DNA from: an uncultured Thermoplasmata archaeon
Lineage (GTDB): Archaea; Thermoplasmatota; Thermoplasmata; UBA10834
NCBI GenBank assembly: GCA_963719945.1
Contig: CAVRDX010000004.1
Span: 192,001 to 256,000, forward strand
Length of the DNA: 64,000 bases
Direction: 5' to 3'
Both the position numbers and the translations under genes were made by a program. The notes under the pieces are model-generated. The model saw only the letters and a list, made by a program, of their open reading frames with translations, was not told the origin of the DNA and did no database searches. Within the stretch, counting starts at the first letter, position 1; every line of letters begins with the position of its first letter. Positions 46,976 through 61,967 of this stretch are shown one piece after another.

Positions 46976-47589
46976 AAAAGTATCGCACAGAGGCCGACAG
47001 AGTGCTGGCACCTGCCGCCCAACAGCTTACCTCAGTCAACCCCAACCACATATCTGTAGCATCTCTGGTCTGCGCGCTGTTCGCAGGAATATTCTTCGCG
47101 CAGCAGAGGCCGGAGCTGTTCCTCCTGCTCGCATCAGCGTTCGTCGCGTTGAACGGATTGCTCGATGCTCTTGATGGAAAGGTCGCCAGGCTGATGGCCA
47201 AGGAATCGAAACGAGGCGACTTCGTCGACCACATCATCGACCGATACGCGGACATGTTCATACTTGCCGGTATCGCCCTCGGCGCATACTGTTCGTTGTT
47301 CGTCGGATTGTTCGCGGTCATAGGTGTGATGCTGGCCAGCTACATGGGCACGCAGGCCCAGGCGCTAGGCCTACGTCGAGAGTACAGAGGCGTGCTCGGA
47401 CGGGCAGACCGACTGGTGCTTCTGATCCTGATCCCAATACTCCAATACATCCTGTTGTGGCTTGGCGGGGACTTCAGCAACGATATCATGGGATTGACCG
47501 TCATCGGATGGATGATGGTATACTTCGGCATCGCAGGCAACATCACAGCCATTCAGAGAGCCTGGATGATCTGGAAGTCACTTCCGTGA
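46966..47589 (+). CDS. CDP-alcohol phosphatidyltransferase (probable CTG start at 46966)
   Basis: PNHIS, DALDGKVAR...GDFVDHIIDRYAD signature; GGAGGT upstream of CTG GTT TTA. Confidence 0.9.
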   Translation: MVLEKYRTEADRVLAPAAQQLTSVNPNHISVASLVCALFAGIFFAQQRPELFLLLASAFVALNGLLDALDGKVARLMAKESKRGDFVDHIIDRYADMFILAGIALGAYCSLFVGLFAVIGVMLASYMGTQAQALGLRREYRGVLGRADRLVLLILIPILQYILLWLGGDFSNDIMGLTVIGWMMVYFGIAGNITAIQRAWMIWKSLP

Positions 47590-48609
47590 CCGAGGTTTGA
47601 ACCTCTTCCCTTTCAGTTTGTAGTAAGTCAATGGATGATTCATCCAATCCTTCTTGCACAGCGAATCAGGGTCGAAGCAGATGCCATAGCTCTTCATGGT
47701 GCTGCATTCGGGTGGAGTGTACTCCGTCCCTGAGATCTCCCCAGTGATGTGCTGTATCTGGTACCGGGACTTGCTCTCGTCGAAGTCAGGGGCCGATGAG
47801 AACGTCTCCAGGACCTCGTCCGAGTTCATTCCCAACGTGTGCAGGAACGACACCAATGCGAACCTCCCGGTGTGCGGGACGTTCTCTCCGCCCTGTATCA
47901 TGCTGAGGAGCTTCTTCATGCATGGTGGGAATCTTATGATGCTCACCTTCCCCATGCTCCTCGCCTTGAACTCTGCCCGTTTCTCCTCCATGATCTTGCT
48001 TATGATCGCGATATCCTGGGAGAATGCGTTCATGATGTCATCGTTGACTGCGAGCGGAAGCTCGGACGAGATCTTCTCCGTGAGCATCTGCTGGATGAGT
48101 CTTACCAGTCGCTGCTTTGTGACGATGACCCTACCTTCGTGCAGCCGCTGATTGATCAGCTTCCAATCCTTGCTCCTCATCGCTGCCGAGAACCTCAGGA
48201 AGTCGGTGAAATCGACGGAGATGACATCCTCATCCACCGAGACATTCAGTCCGAGCTCCTCAGCGACAGATTTGATGAATGTCAGCTCTTCTGTCCTCAG
48301 ATGCTTGTCCGCCTTCTTCGCCTCGGCGATTGCGTACCTGTTCACAAGCATCTGATCGGTCACGGCCGATACTATCATCCTCGCGACGGGATAGCTCAAT
48401 AATTCGTTGTTCGCATCTACTGCCGACGCCATCGGATGGTCCTCGATCATGCCATTCTCCAGCGCTTCCATGACCCGCTCCTTACCCATGAACCGGGCCC
48501 TTTCATATGCCACGCTGGTCGTGAGCTTATTGAGATCGACTCCAGTCTCCTTAAGGTATGCAGATGCACCCTTCAGGAACGGATACTTCGCCGCCAGCTT
48601 GACATCCAC
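47578..48609 (-). CDS. priL: DNA primase large subunit
   Basis: KYPFL, FPPCM, PHTGRF, PDFDE..RYQIQHI, YTPPEC, Fe-S Cys, HPLTYY. Confidence 0.95.
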   Translation of the reverse strand: MDVKLAAKYPFLKGASAYLKETGVDLNKLTTSVAYERARFMGKERVMEALENGMIEDHPMASAVDANNELLSYPVARMIVSAVTDQMLVNRYAIAEAKKADKHLRTEELTFIKSVAEELGLNVSVDEDVISVDFTDFLRFSAAMRSKDWKLINQRLHEGRVIVTKQRLVRLIQQMLTEKISSELPLAVNDDIMNAFSQDIAIISKIMEEKRAEFKARSMGKVSIIRFPPCMKKLLSMIQGGENVPHTGRFALVSFLHTLGMNSDEVLETFSSAPDFDESKSRYQIQHITGEISGTEYTPPECSTMKSYGICFDPDSLCKKDWMNHPLTYYKLKGKRFKPRSRK

Positions 48610-48664
48610 GCCGTCCTCTCTCCTCTCTACTCGAATCGCTGCTCTGATTACAATAACTTGACTG

Positions 48665-50329
48665 CTACGTTCTCTCTACATCTCCGCACACCAGATATGA
48701 TCGTGCCGATGCGAGGGCGGTCTCCTCATCGAATATCTGCCAGAGGTCCTGGGGATCATCGAAGGGCCGCTTCCTCATTATCGTCATGGCCCTCTTCCTG
48801 CCTATCCCAGGGATCGCTTCGAGCATCGCCATCGATGCGGTGTTCGCATTCGTCGGATATGCTATCCCTGTCACGCTCCTTGGGCCGCTTCCGATGATCG
48901 CGACATCGATGTCCGCTCCTATCTCGAATGCATATGGCAGACCGACCAAGAGCGGGTATGTGCCGATCTGTCTCCCGAAGGTCCTTCCACCCTCCCTCAG
49001 TTCCGTATGTACACTCCTGAGAACGGAACCACTCGGCAGGAGTCTCTCCAGCATGGGCTGGTCGATCTGTTCCCTCACATCTCTCTTGAACTTCTCGAAC
49101 TCCTTGCGATGCCTGACGCCGGGTGAATCTGCACGGTAGGGTACCACCTGCCGTATGTTTATGCGTCTGAGGAGGAGCCCTTCGTCCACGACTCTCCTCA
49201 GGAATTGGAAATTGAGTGCATAGGTCTGCTTGGATTCCCCGTCGAGGCCACATACGAAATTGATGCCTGGCAGAACATGAGGCAGACCGGACGGACCGAT
49301 CGCCCTTCCCAATTCGTTGACGATCCTTATCGCTTCGATCGCCTGTTCCGCGGATGCGTTCAGATTGTTCGCCTCCGCGACCTTCGGGTCCGCTGATTCC
49401 AATCCGAAGGCAAGGACATTGCCGCTCGTGCAGTTCTCCACGATCGCCCTCAAGATCTTTCGCGACTCATCTGGATGCGATGCTATCACTGCGGGGTTCG
49501 CATTATCGAGATGGAACACCCTCGGGCACATCGTCTCCTTGACCCCTTTCAATAGGGATTCGATCGCCGACACGTTCGGCTTCGGCGTCTCGCTCTTGCC
49601 GACTTCTTCTGATTTGTAACAGAATACGCAGGACTGTGCGCCCAGTCTGATGTTCCTGACGCCCGCATCGGACAGAGCCGCGACCTCTCTCAAGATGTCC
49701 TTCGGTTCGCGAAAGACGACTTCCCCAGACAATGGCTCGATGCAGAACTTGCACCCGCCGCTGATGTACCTTACGCAACCACGATACATCTGTACCTCGG
49801 CGATAAGTGGCCCTCCCGCATCCGGATGGATCGATGAGACCACCGCTCCAGCCTCAAGCCAGGAATTCCATTCCTTCTGGTCTCTGCGTCTATCCTCGAA
49901 AGCCCCACTCGTGGCAAGATCGAAGAGTGCGGCATCGAGGTCCCCTGTCACGATCCGATCGAAGGAATCCCTCAGTGCATCTGGTAGCCTGCGCTCGTCA
50001 ACCCCAAGACTAGCCACTTTCAGGCCCTTGAACGATCCGCAAATCGTGACGAGTTCCTTATCGCTCGCTGGCATGCCCCTGAGATACTTGCCAGGGACTG
50101 CCACCCTTCTGATCACAGCGAGCAGGTCGAAGCCACTGAGATCGTCCTCTCCATTCCTCCACTGGTCGACTGTCCTGTAGTGGGCCTGCGCTCCCGCCTT
50201 CGCGAGCGCGCCGAAAGCCAGTCTGGCATAGGGAGAGATGTACGGCGGGACACCAAGGCACGCAGGCTCATCGGTGTACCCGTCGAGGACGAGGGCTCTC
50301 ATCGTCGCTGTGAACGATTCCGTCCACAT
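48665..50329 (-). CDS. radical SAM protein with C-terminal TRAM and HhH domains
   Basis: LDGYTDEPACLGVPPY, RGCVRYISGGCKFC, FGRQIGTYP, IPGIGRKRA. Confidence 0.9.
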   Translation of the reverse strand: MWTESFTATMRALVLDGYTDEPACLGVPPYISPYARLAFGALAKAGAQAHYRTVDQWRNGEDDLSGFDLLAVIRRVAVPGKYLRGMPASDKELVTICGSFKGLKVASLGVDERRLPDALRDSFDRIVTGDLDAALFDLATSGAFEDRRRDQKEWNSWLEAGAVVSSIHPDAGGPLIAEVQMYRGCVRYISGGCKFCIEPLSGEVVFREPKDILREVAALSDAGVRNIRLGAQSCVFCYKSEEVGKSETPKPNVSAIESLLKGVKETMCPRVFHLDNANPAVIASHPDESRKILRAIVENCTSGNVLAFGLESADPKVAEANNLNASAEQAIEAIRIVNELGRAIGPSGLPHVLPGINFVCGLDGESKQTYALNFQFLRRVVDEGLLLRRINIRQVVPYRADSPGVRHRKEFEKFKRDVREQIDQPMLERLLPSGSVLRSVHTELREGGRTFGRQIGTYPLLVGLPYAFEIGADIDVAIIGSGPRSVTGIAYPTNANTASMAMLEAIPGIGRKRAMTIMRKRPFDDPQDLWQIFDEETALASARSYLVCGDVERT

Positions 50330-50525
50330 AATATGTTCCTATTTCGTCGGCCATGTCTGACCCGTTCCACCAAGCGCCCTCGTGTAACATGATAATCTAT
50401 TAATCCGTCGAAATAATCATGTCTTCATAGCAATAACCGTAACAAACGACCATATCGGTTGTTCGAAATCGGAAAGTCAACCAACGAGTTTCGACATTAA
50501 CACAGACATAAAGGGGTAGAATCGA

Positions 50526-51962
50526 ATGGCAAAGAAATCCAAACCGGCCAGTAGGAAGGCCGTGAAGAAGGCGCCCGCCAAGAAGAAGGCGGTCAAGTCC
50601 AAGGCGAAGGCAAAGCCCGCGAAACCGGTATCCGTTGAAGACATGCTGAAGAAGGCATACGAACCGGCCAGACTCGCGATGATCTACCACCCGTTCTACG
50701 AGGGTAAGATCGAGATCACGCCCAAGTGTTGCGTGAGAGACTTCAACGACTTCGCCATCTGGTACACGCCAGGTGTGGCAGAGCCATGCAAGGCGATCAA
50801 CAAGGACAAGGAACTGTCGTACGTCCACACGAACAGATGGAACACGGTCGCTGTCGTATCCGACGGCACGAGGGTTCTGGGTCTCGGCGACATCGGCCCC
50901 GAGGCTGGAATGCCAGTCATGGAGGGCAAGTCTCTCCTGTTCAAGTACCTCGGCGGCGTCGACGCATATCCGCTATGCCTCGGTACGAAGGATCCAGAGG
51001 AGATCATAAACACGGTCAAGCTGCTGCAGCCATCCCTCGGTGGAGTCAACCTCGAGGATATCTCACAGCCAAAGTGCTTCTACATACTCGAGCGCTTGAG
51101 GAAGGAGTGCGAAATCCCAGTCTGGCACGATGACCAGCAGGGTACCGGCACGATCGTCGCTGCCGGTGCAGTGAACGCCGCGAAGATGGTGGGCAAGAAG
51201 CCATCCCAGATGAAGGCGGTCTTCATCGGCGCGGGTGCTGCGAACATCGCCATATCCAGGATCATGCAGGTCTCCGGATTCAAGTGGGAGAACATGATCA
51301 TGTGTGATTCGAAGGGAACCCTCCACCTCGGCAGAGAGGAAGTCAAGGCCGAGTTCAAGGAGAAGTGGTTCATGTGCGAGAACTCCAACAAGGAAGGAGT
51401 CGTCGGTACGCCACAGGATGCGATGAAGGGTGCCGATATCGTCGTCGCAGCTTCGAAGCCAGGCCCCGGCACAGTCAAGCCGGAGTGGATCAAGGGCATG
51501 GCAGACGACTCGATCGTGTTCGCCACAGCCAACCCGATACCTGAGATATGGCCATGGGAGGCGAAGGAGGCCGGCGCGAAGATCGTCGCGACTGGCAGGT
51601 CAGACTTCCCGAACCAGGTCAACAACTCTCTAGGGTTCCCAGGCATATTCAGAGGAACTCTCGATGTCAGGGCCAAGACCATCTCCGACACGATGTGTCT
51701 GGCAGCCGTCCTTGAGATCGCGAAGACCGCGGAGGACAAAGGCCTCACCGAGGAATACATCGTCCCGACCATGGACGAATGGGAAGTGTTCCCGAGAGAG
51801 GCGGCGGCCGTCGGTAGGGCAGCCATCAAGGAAGGCATCGCGAGGGTCAAGCTCAGCAGACAGGAACTCTACGAAAAGGCGGAGAATATCATCAGACGCG
51901 CAAGGAACCAGACCAAGTACCTGATGAAGGGCGGATACATCCTCCCGCCACCTAAGGCGTAG
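50526..51962 (+). CDS. NAD(P)-dependent malic enzyme with a Lys/Ala-rich N-terminal tail
   Basis: YTPGVAEPC, VLGLGDIGP, PVMEGK, NLEDI, HDDQQGT, ATGRSDFPNQVNN. Confidence 0.94.
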   Translation: MAKKSKPASRKAVKKAPAKKKAVKSKAKAKPAKPVSVEDMLKKAYEPARLAMIYHPFYEGKIEITPKCCVRDFNDFAIWYTPGVAEPCKAINKDKELSYVHTNRWNTVAVVSDGTRVLGLGDIGPEAGMPVMEGKSLLFKYLGGVDAYPLCLGTKDPEEIINTVKLLQPSLGGVNLEDISQPKCFYILERLRKECEIPVWHDDQQGTGTIVAAGAVNAAKMVGKKPSQMKAVFIGAGAANIAISRIMQVSGFKWENMIMCDSKGTLHLGREEVKAEFKEKWFMCENSNKEGVVGTPQDAMKGADIVVAASKPGPGTVKPEWIKGMADDSIVFATANPIPEIWPWEAKEAGAKIVATGRSDFPNQVNNSLGFPGIFRGTLDVRAKTISDTMCLAAVLEIAKTAEDKGLTEEYIVPTMDEWEVFPREAAAVGRAAIKEGIARVKLSRQELYEKAENIIRRARNQTKYLMKGGYILPPPKA

Positions 51963-52079
51963 GATCCTGGCCAACGGGCCCTTAAACCCTTTCAGAAAAC
52001 CCTTATTCTTTCAATTTCTGAACCGATAGATCTTCTGCAGAGCATCCGCTATCTTCTAAACTGCGCAAGAATCTGATCT

Positions 52080-52346
52080 TCAGAGCAGTCCCATCTGGAC
52101 GATCTCCACGCTCTGGACGCCGTCGACTTCGGATATAGCTGCTTCCACCTGGTCGGCGCCGCCCTTCTTGTCGTCCAGGACGATGAGCACGTGCAACGCC
52201 TTCAGGCCGAATGCGACAGGTTTCGCTTCAGAAGTCTTGAAGATAGCTCCTTCTGGAAGTACCTTCTGGATCTCCTTCACCAGATTGTCCAGGTCGACCT
52301 CGACACTCTCCGGAAGGATCCTGTACTGTAGACCTACTTCTCCCAT
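52080..52346 (-). CDS. ef1b: translation elongation factor 1-beta
   Basis: ILPESVEVDL, PVAFGLKAL, GVQSVE. Confidence 0.94.
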   Translation of the reverse strand: MGEVGLQYRILPESVEVDLDNLVKEIQKVLPEGAIFKTSEAKPVAFGLKALHVLIVLDDKKGGADQVEAAISEVDGVQSVEIVQMGLL

Positions 52347-52356
52347 GAAAGGCACC

Positions 52357-52527
52357 TCAAGGTCCGGTGAATCCACATTCGGGACACTTGTACTTGACAC
52401 TCTGGTCCCTGCAGTTCATGCATCTGCCGATGACAGCGTTCCCGCACTTCGGGCATGGGAAAGTGGTCTCGGTCTTCCTAACGAGGCGGATGCCGCAAGA
52501 GGAGCATTTCTTTTCCTGGTCGCTCAA
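52357..52527 (-). CDS. small double Zn-ribbon protein (DUF1610 / HVO_2753-like)
   Basis: CSSCG, FPCPKCG, RCMNCR, YKCPECGFTGP; usual position before ef1b; TTG start. Confidence 0.9.
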   Translation of the reverse strand: MSDQEKKCSSCGIRLVRKTETTFPCPKCGNAVIGRCMNCRDQSVKYKCPECGFTGP

Positions 52528-52635
52528 AATTTTCGACCTCGGCGCTGAGGTATAAGCTATCTGTATATAACCCTTAGTGAGCTGGACAATGGTGTTAAAT
52601 CTCTTGGATACCATTTATGCCAGGGGCCGACGACT

Positions 52636-53103
52636 ATGAAGGGATTGGTCGTTTACGATAGCTACTACGGGAATACGAAGGCGGTGGCCGAAGCGATTGC
52701 CGAGGAGATCCGTGCGATGGGGCACGAGGCGGTGATGCAATCCGCAAGGGATGGCTTTCCGAAGGAGATGGATTTTGGTTTCGTGTTCATCGGATCGCCA
52801 ACGCGCATGACCAAGATGACGGGCCGCACGAAGAAGTTCGTGACGAAGCTCGGAAAGAGCTCTTGGGGATCCAAACCCGTGTACACATATGATACTATAA
52901 TGGCCGGAGTGATGGATAACAAAGGCCGTTGGGGTGGAACGGCAGCTCAGAAGCTGCACGATCTAGCCAGGGATGTCGGCCTCAATCCAGAGTCACCAGT
53001 CCTGCACACAGATGTGACCGAAATGAGGGGGCCGTTGGCAAAGGACGCTCTAGACAAGGCGAGAGCATATGTACGCGATAGGTTGTCGAAGCTCGACAAA
53101 TGA
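52636..53103 (+). CDS. flavodoxin-like protein
   Basis: VVYDSYYGNTKAVAEAI, IGSPT. Confidence 0.88.
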   Translation: MKGLVVYDSYYGNTKAVAEAIAEEIRAMGHEAVMQSARDGFPKEMDFGFVFIGSPTRMTKMTGRTKKFVTKLGKSSWGSKPVYTYDTIMAGVMDNKGRWGGTAAQKLHDLARDVGLNPESPVLHTDVTEMRGPLAKDALDKARAYVRDRLSKLDK

Positions 53104-53363
53104 CGATGCACCCACAATCTGATCATCTGGCTATGTGTAGAGTCGATGTCAGTCTTGTCAGCATGTCAAGTCGTGACAATGGTGCAGTTAATAATGTTTG
53201 CCCAAGAACACGATTATTATATTCCTATTATTATAGGGCGATACATCAAATATATGCCGTTCGGTGGAGGAGTCGGCTCAAACCAGTTGATGGGTGAAAG
53301 TCATTAAATACTTGAACGAACTACACGGCCTGCTAACGCAGCCTAGGGTATCTACGCCGCCCA

Positions 53364-53507
53364 GGGCCCGTAGCTCAGCTAGGTAGGAATCTCATGCATT
53401 CTCGATGTTATGGTTTCCCTAGAAAGAGCATCTGCCTTTTAAGCAGGTGGCCCGGGGTTCGAATGACTAAGCCATACAGACTAGTCTCGGAAATCCCCGC
53501 GGGCCCG
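53364..53507 (+). tRNA. tRNA-Lys(UUU) with two non-canonical introns (about 53385-53424 at 20/21; about 53464-53493 at 59/60)
   Basis: Spliced GGGCCCGTAGCTCAGCTAGGT|AGAGCATCTGCCTTTTAAGCAGGTGGCCCGGGGTTCGAA|TCCCCGCGGGCCCG folds as a complete cloverleaf; relaxed BHB-like motifs at both junctions. Confidence 0.88.
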
Positions 53508-53593
53508 CCGGGCGTCGAATGCGGACCGATGGAGAAACGGAACGAATCCCACGGTTTCCATGTGGAATACCCTTCGCCAGTATGGTGATTTGG

Positions 53594-53851
53594 ATGGCCG
53601 GAGAATTTAACGTCTTGGAGCATGAGCTCGTACCCGAGCATCATCTTCTGTCGGAGAAGGAGGCCGAGAAGGTCCTTAAGCAGCTGAAGCTTACGAAGGA
53701 CCAGCTTCCGAAGACAAGGATAACTGACCCATGCATCCGCACGCTCGATGCGATTGCTGGGCCAGTCGAAGAGGGAATGGTAGTCAAGATCGTTAGGCGC
53801 AGCTCAACGAGCGGCGTGTCGATCTGTTATAGACTTGTAGTGCGGGGGTGA
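53594..53851 (+). CDS. rpoH: RNA polymerase subunit H (Rpo5)
   Basis: HELVPEH, QLPK...[14 protein letters not shown]; GGTGA RBS. Confidence 0.95.
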   Translation: MAGEFNVLEHELVPEHHLLSEKEAEKVLKQLKLTKDQLPKTRITDPCIRTLDAIAGPVEEGMVVKIVRRSSTSGVSICYRLVVRG

Positions 53852-53855
53852 ACCC

Positions 53856-56800
53856 TTGAGGGAACTTGTTGAAACCTATTTCAGGGAAAGAAGTATAGTC
53901 AACCATCACACAGCGTCGTACAATGATTTCCTGCCGACGATAGACCATCCGAACAGCAGGATGCAGACGATCGTGGATAACGTCCGCGCATCTCCCGACG
54001 AGGCCGACAGGGGGATAATCCGGCTCGACCCAGACCGAACCGAGGGCAAGATCATCGAGATCAGGATCGGTCGCAGAAGGGACGAGAAGACTGGACTCGT
54101 TGACCCGAGTGCCAGGCCGACGGTATCTGTCGGAAGGCCCGTGATCAAGGAGGCAAACGGTGCCACCCACGACCTCTATCCGATGGAGGCTAGGTTGAGG
54201 AACCTCAACTACTCCGCACCGATATATCTCGAATTCACAATCGTAGAGGACGGGATCGAACGTGAGCCAGAGAAGGTCCACATCGGCGACCTGCCCGTCA
54301 TGATACAGTCCAAGAAGTGCAACCTGCACAAGGACAACATCGACATGGATCGCGAGCCGACCGACGAGGACGTCCGCGCGTTCCACGTTAAGATGGGCGA
54401 AGACCTGTGCGACCCAGGCGGCTATTTCATCATAGGTGGGACTGAGAGGGCGCTGATATCCCTCGAGGACCTCGCGCCGAACAGGGTCATGGTCGAGATG
54501 AACGAGCGCTACGGCACCAGCCTGCACGTGGCGAAGGTCTTCTCGCAGAAGGAAGGTTACAGGGCGCTCACGCTGATGGAGAAGAAGAAGGACGGTATAC
54601 TGGTAGTATCAGTACCCGCTGCCTCTGGTCAGATCCCGCTCATAGTCCTCATGAAGTCTCTCGGGATGGAGAGCGATGAGGAGATCTACAAATCGATAGT
54701 GTCCGACCCACAGATGGCGAACATCGTGTACGCCAACATCGAGGAGTGTCAGAACAAGAAGCTGTATCCTCCGAACGGCATCTACACGACCGAGGACGCG
54801 ATACTGTTCCTCGAGAGGAAGTTCGCGACTGGCCAGGCGAAGGAATACAGGGCGAAGAAGGTCGAGAGCATAATCGACCGGTCCCTGCTGCCGCACCTTG
54901 GTGACACCGCAGATGCGAGGATGAAGAAGTCCATATTCCTCGGCCGTGTCGCAAGGACCATACTCGAACTCGAGCTCGGCAAGCGTAAGGAGGACGACAA
55001 GGACCACTACGCCAACAAGAGGCTGAAGCTCGCAGGCGATCTGATGGAGGACCTCTATAGGGTCGCTTTCACCAACCTCATCAAGGATCTGAAGTACCAG
55101 CTGGAGAGAGGGTACACGAGGAAGAAGGGCCTGAGGATCTCCTCGGCCATAAGACCGGATCTTCTCACCCACAGGCTGCTCCACGCATTCGCGACCGGTA
55201 ACTGGGTCGGCGGAAGGGCAGGTGTATCACAATTGCTGGACAGGACGTCCAACATGAGCGCGCTGTCCCACCTGAGGAGGGTGACATCGCCGCTCACCAG
55301 GAGCCAGCCTCACTTCGAGGCGAGAGACCTGCACCCCACTCAATGGGGCAGATTGTGTCCGAACGAGACTCCTGAGGGTCAGAATTGCGGTCTGGTCAAG
55401 AACTGCGCTCTCATCGTCGATGTGAGCGAGGGAACGGATGACAAGGAGGTCATCTGGCTCTTGCGCGACCTTGGCGTGAAGGAGGTCAGCGAGCAGCAGA
55501 CGACCGAGACCCGTGTCTACGTCAACGGTGACCTGATAGGTCTCCATGACAAGCCCAAGGAGCTGGTCGAGGAGATACGCCAGAGGCGCAGGTCTGGCCT
55601 GTTGTCGCACGAGGTCAACATACGTTTCGACAACAACATGAATGAGATCATTATCAACTGCGACGAGGGCAGGCTGAGGAGGCCTCTGCTCGTCGTCCGC
55701 CACGGCAAGACACTCCTGACGCGGAGGCACATCGAGGACATGCGTTCGCATAAGGCGAAGTGGTCCGACCTCATACGCGAGGGAGTCGTCGAGTGGATCG
55801 ATGCGGAAGAGGAAGAGGATTCGTATATCGCCGTGTTCGCACACGAGACGCCCCAGAAGTGTGAGCACTGCGGCAAGTTCCTGTCCGCACTCGATGTGGA
55901 GTGGCGCAACCCAGGAGAGGAGGGCAAGACCGTCCTGGAGTGCAAGACCTGCGGCGGCACGATGCAGATCGAATCGCAACTGAAGGACAACCACACTCAC
56001 CTGGAGATCGACCCGATGGTCATCCTGGGAGTATGTTCAGGTATGGTTCCATACCCAGAGCACAACTCCAGTCCGAGAGTCACCATGGGTGCGGGTATGG
56101 CCAAGCAGTCTCTGGGCCTGAGTTCGTCCAACTACCGCATAAGGCCGGACACCAGGAGCCACGTTATGCACTATCCGCAGCGGTCGTTGACTACCACGAA
56201 GACGATGGAGTTCGTCAATTTCATGCACAGACCCGCGGGACAGAACTTCGTTGTCGCGATAATGTCGTATCAGGGTTACAACATGGAAGATGCGATCGTC
56301 ATGAACAGATCCTCCGTCGAGAGGGGACTGGGACGCTCGACCTTCATGAGGACCTACAGGGCGGAGGAGCGCAGGTATCCAGGAGGTCAGGAGGACCACT
56401 TCGAGATACCGAGCCCAGATGTAAGGGGCGCCAGAGCCGATCTGTCCTACAGCAACCTAGGCGAGGACGGCCTCATAGGCCCGGAGACCAGGGTCGAGGG
56501 CGGGGACGTGCTCATAGGCAAGACATCGCCTCCGAGGTTCCTGGAGGAGGAAGCTGATTTCCTCACACCTCAGAAGAGGAGGGAGACATCCGTCACGGTA
56601 CGTCCAGGCGAGAGCGGCTGGGTCGACTCCGTCATGCTGACGGAGTCCGAGAACGGCTCGAGGCTCGTCAAGGTCAAGGTCAGAGATGAGAGGATCCCCG
56701 AGCTTGGGGACAAGTTCGCTTCCAGACACGGGCAGAAGGGTGTCGTCGGATTGCTGGTGCACCAGGAGGACATGCCGTTCACTGGTGATGGATTGATACC

Positions 56801-57442
56801 AGACTTGATCATCAACCCACACGCCATCCCATCCCGTATGACCGTCGCCCACGTGCTGGAGATGGTCGGCGGCAAGGTCGGCTCGATGGAAGGCCGGTTC
56901 ATGGATGGTACCGGGTTCAGCGGCGAGACGGAAGAGGCGATCAGGGACGCACTCGTAAGGAACGGATTCAAGCACAACGGCAACGAGGTCATGTATGACG
57001 GTGTGACTGGTCGTAAGATCGAGGCGGAGATATTCATCGGCGTGATCTACTACCAGAAGCTGCACCACATGGTGTCTGGGAAATTGCATGTCAGAAGCAG
57101 AGGGCCGGTCCAGATACTCACCAGACAGCCGACGGAGGGTCGCTCGAGACAGGGTGGTCTGAGGTTCGGTGAGATGGAGAGGGATTGTCTGATCGGTCAC
57201 GGGGCCGCGATGGTCATCAAGGACAGGCTCTTGGATGAATCGGACGGTACGCTGCAATACGTCTGTGGCAACTCGAGCTGCGGGCACATCGCAATCCTTG
57301 ATAGGAGAGGCACACTGAGGTGCCCGGTCTGTGGCAATAACTCGAAGATATACCAGGTCCAGACATCGTACGCATTCAAGCTGTTGCTCGATGAGCTGCT
57401 GTCGCTTGGTGTCGCCATGCGTCTTCAACTGGAGGACTTGAA

Positions 57443-57446
<4 letters not shown>
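53856..57446 (+). CDS. rpoB: RNA polymerase subunit B (Rpo2, unsplit)
   Basis: [40 protein letters not shown]. Confidence 0.98.
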
Positions 57447-61674
<4,228 letters not shown>

Positions 61675-61676
61675 AC

Positions 61677-61955
61677 ATGATAGATATCGCGAGAGCTCTG
61701 AAGACAGCGGCTGCATCGGGAGACGTCAGGTTCGGCCTCGCAGAGACAAAGAAATCACTGAAGAACGGCGAAGCTAAGATGGTCGTCGTGGCAAGCAACT
61801 GTCCCGAGAAGGACGCGTTGCAGACGACCTCGAGCGTCAAGGTGATCGCATTCCCTGGCTCGAACCTCGAACTTGGTTCGGCATGCGGGAAGCCCTATCC
61901 GATCTCCGCGCTCGCTGTAATCAGCCCTGGAGAATCGAACATACTATCCGCCTGA
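61677..61955 (+). CDS. rpl30e: 50S ribosomal protein L30e
   Basis: VVVASNCP, ELGSACGKPY, PGESNI; operon position. Confidence 0.94.
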   Translation: MIDIARALKTAAASGDVRFGLAETKKSLKNGEAKMVVVASNCPEKDALQTTSSVKVIAFPGSNLELGSACGKPYPISALAVISPGESNILSA

Positions 61956-61967
61956 AGAGTTGGTCCA

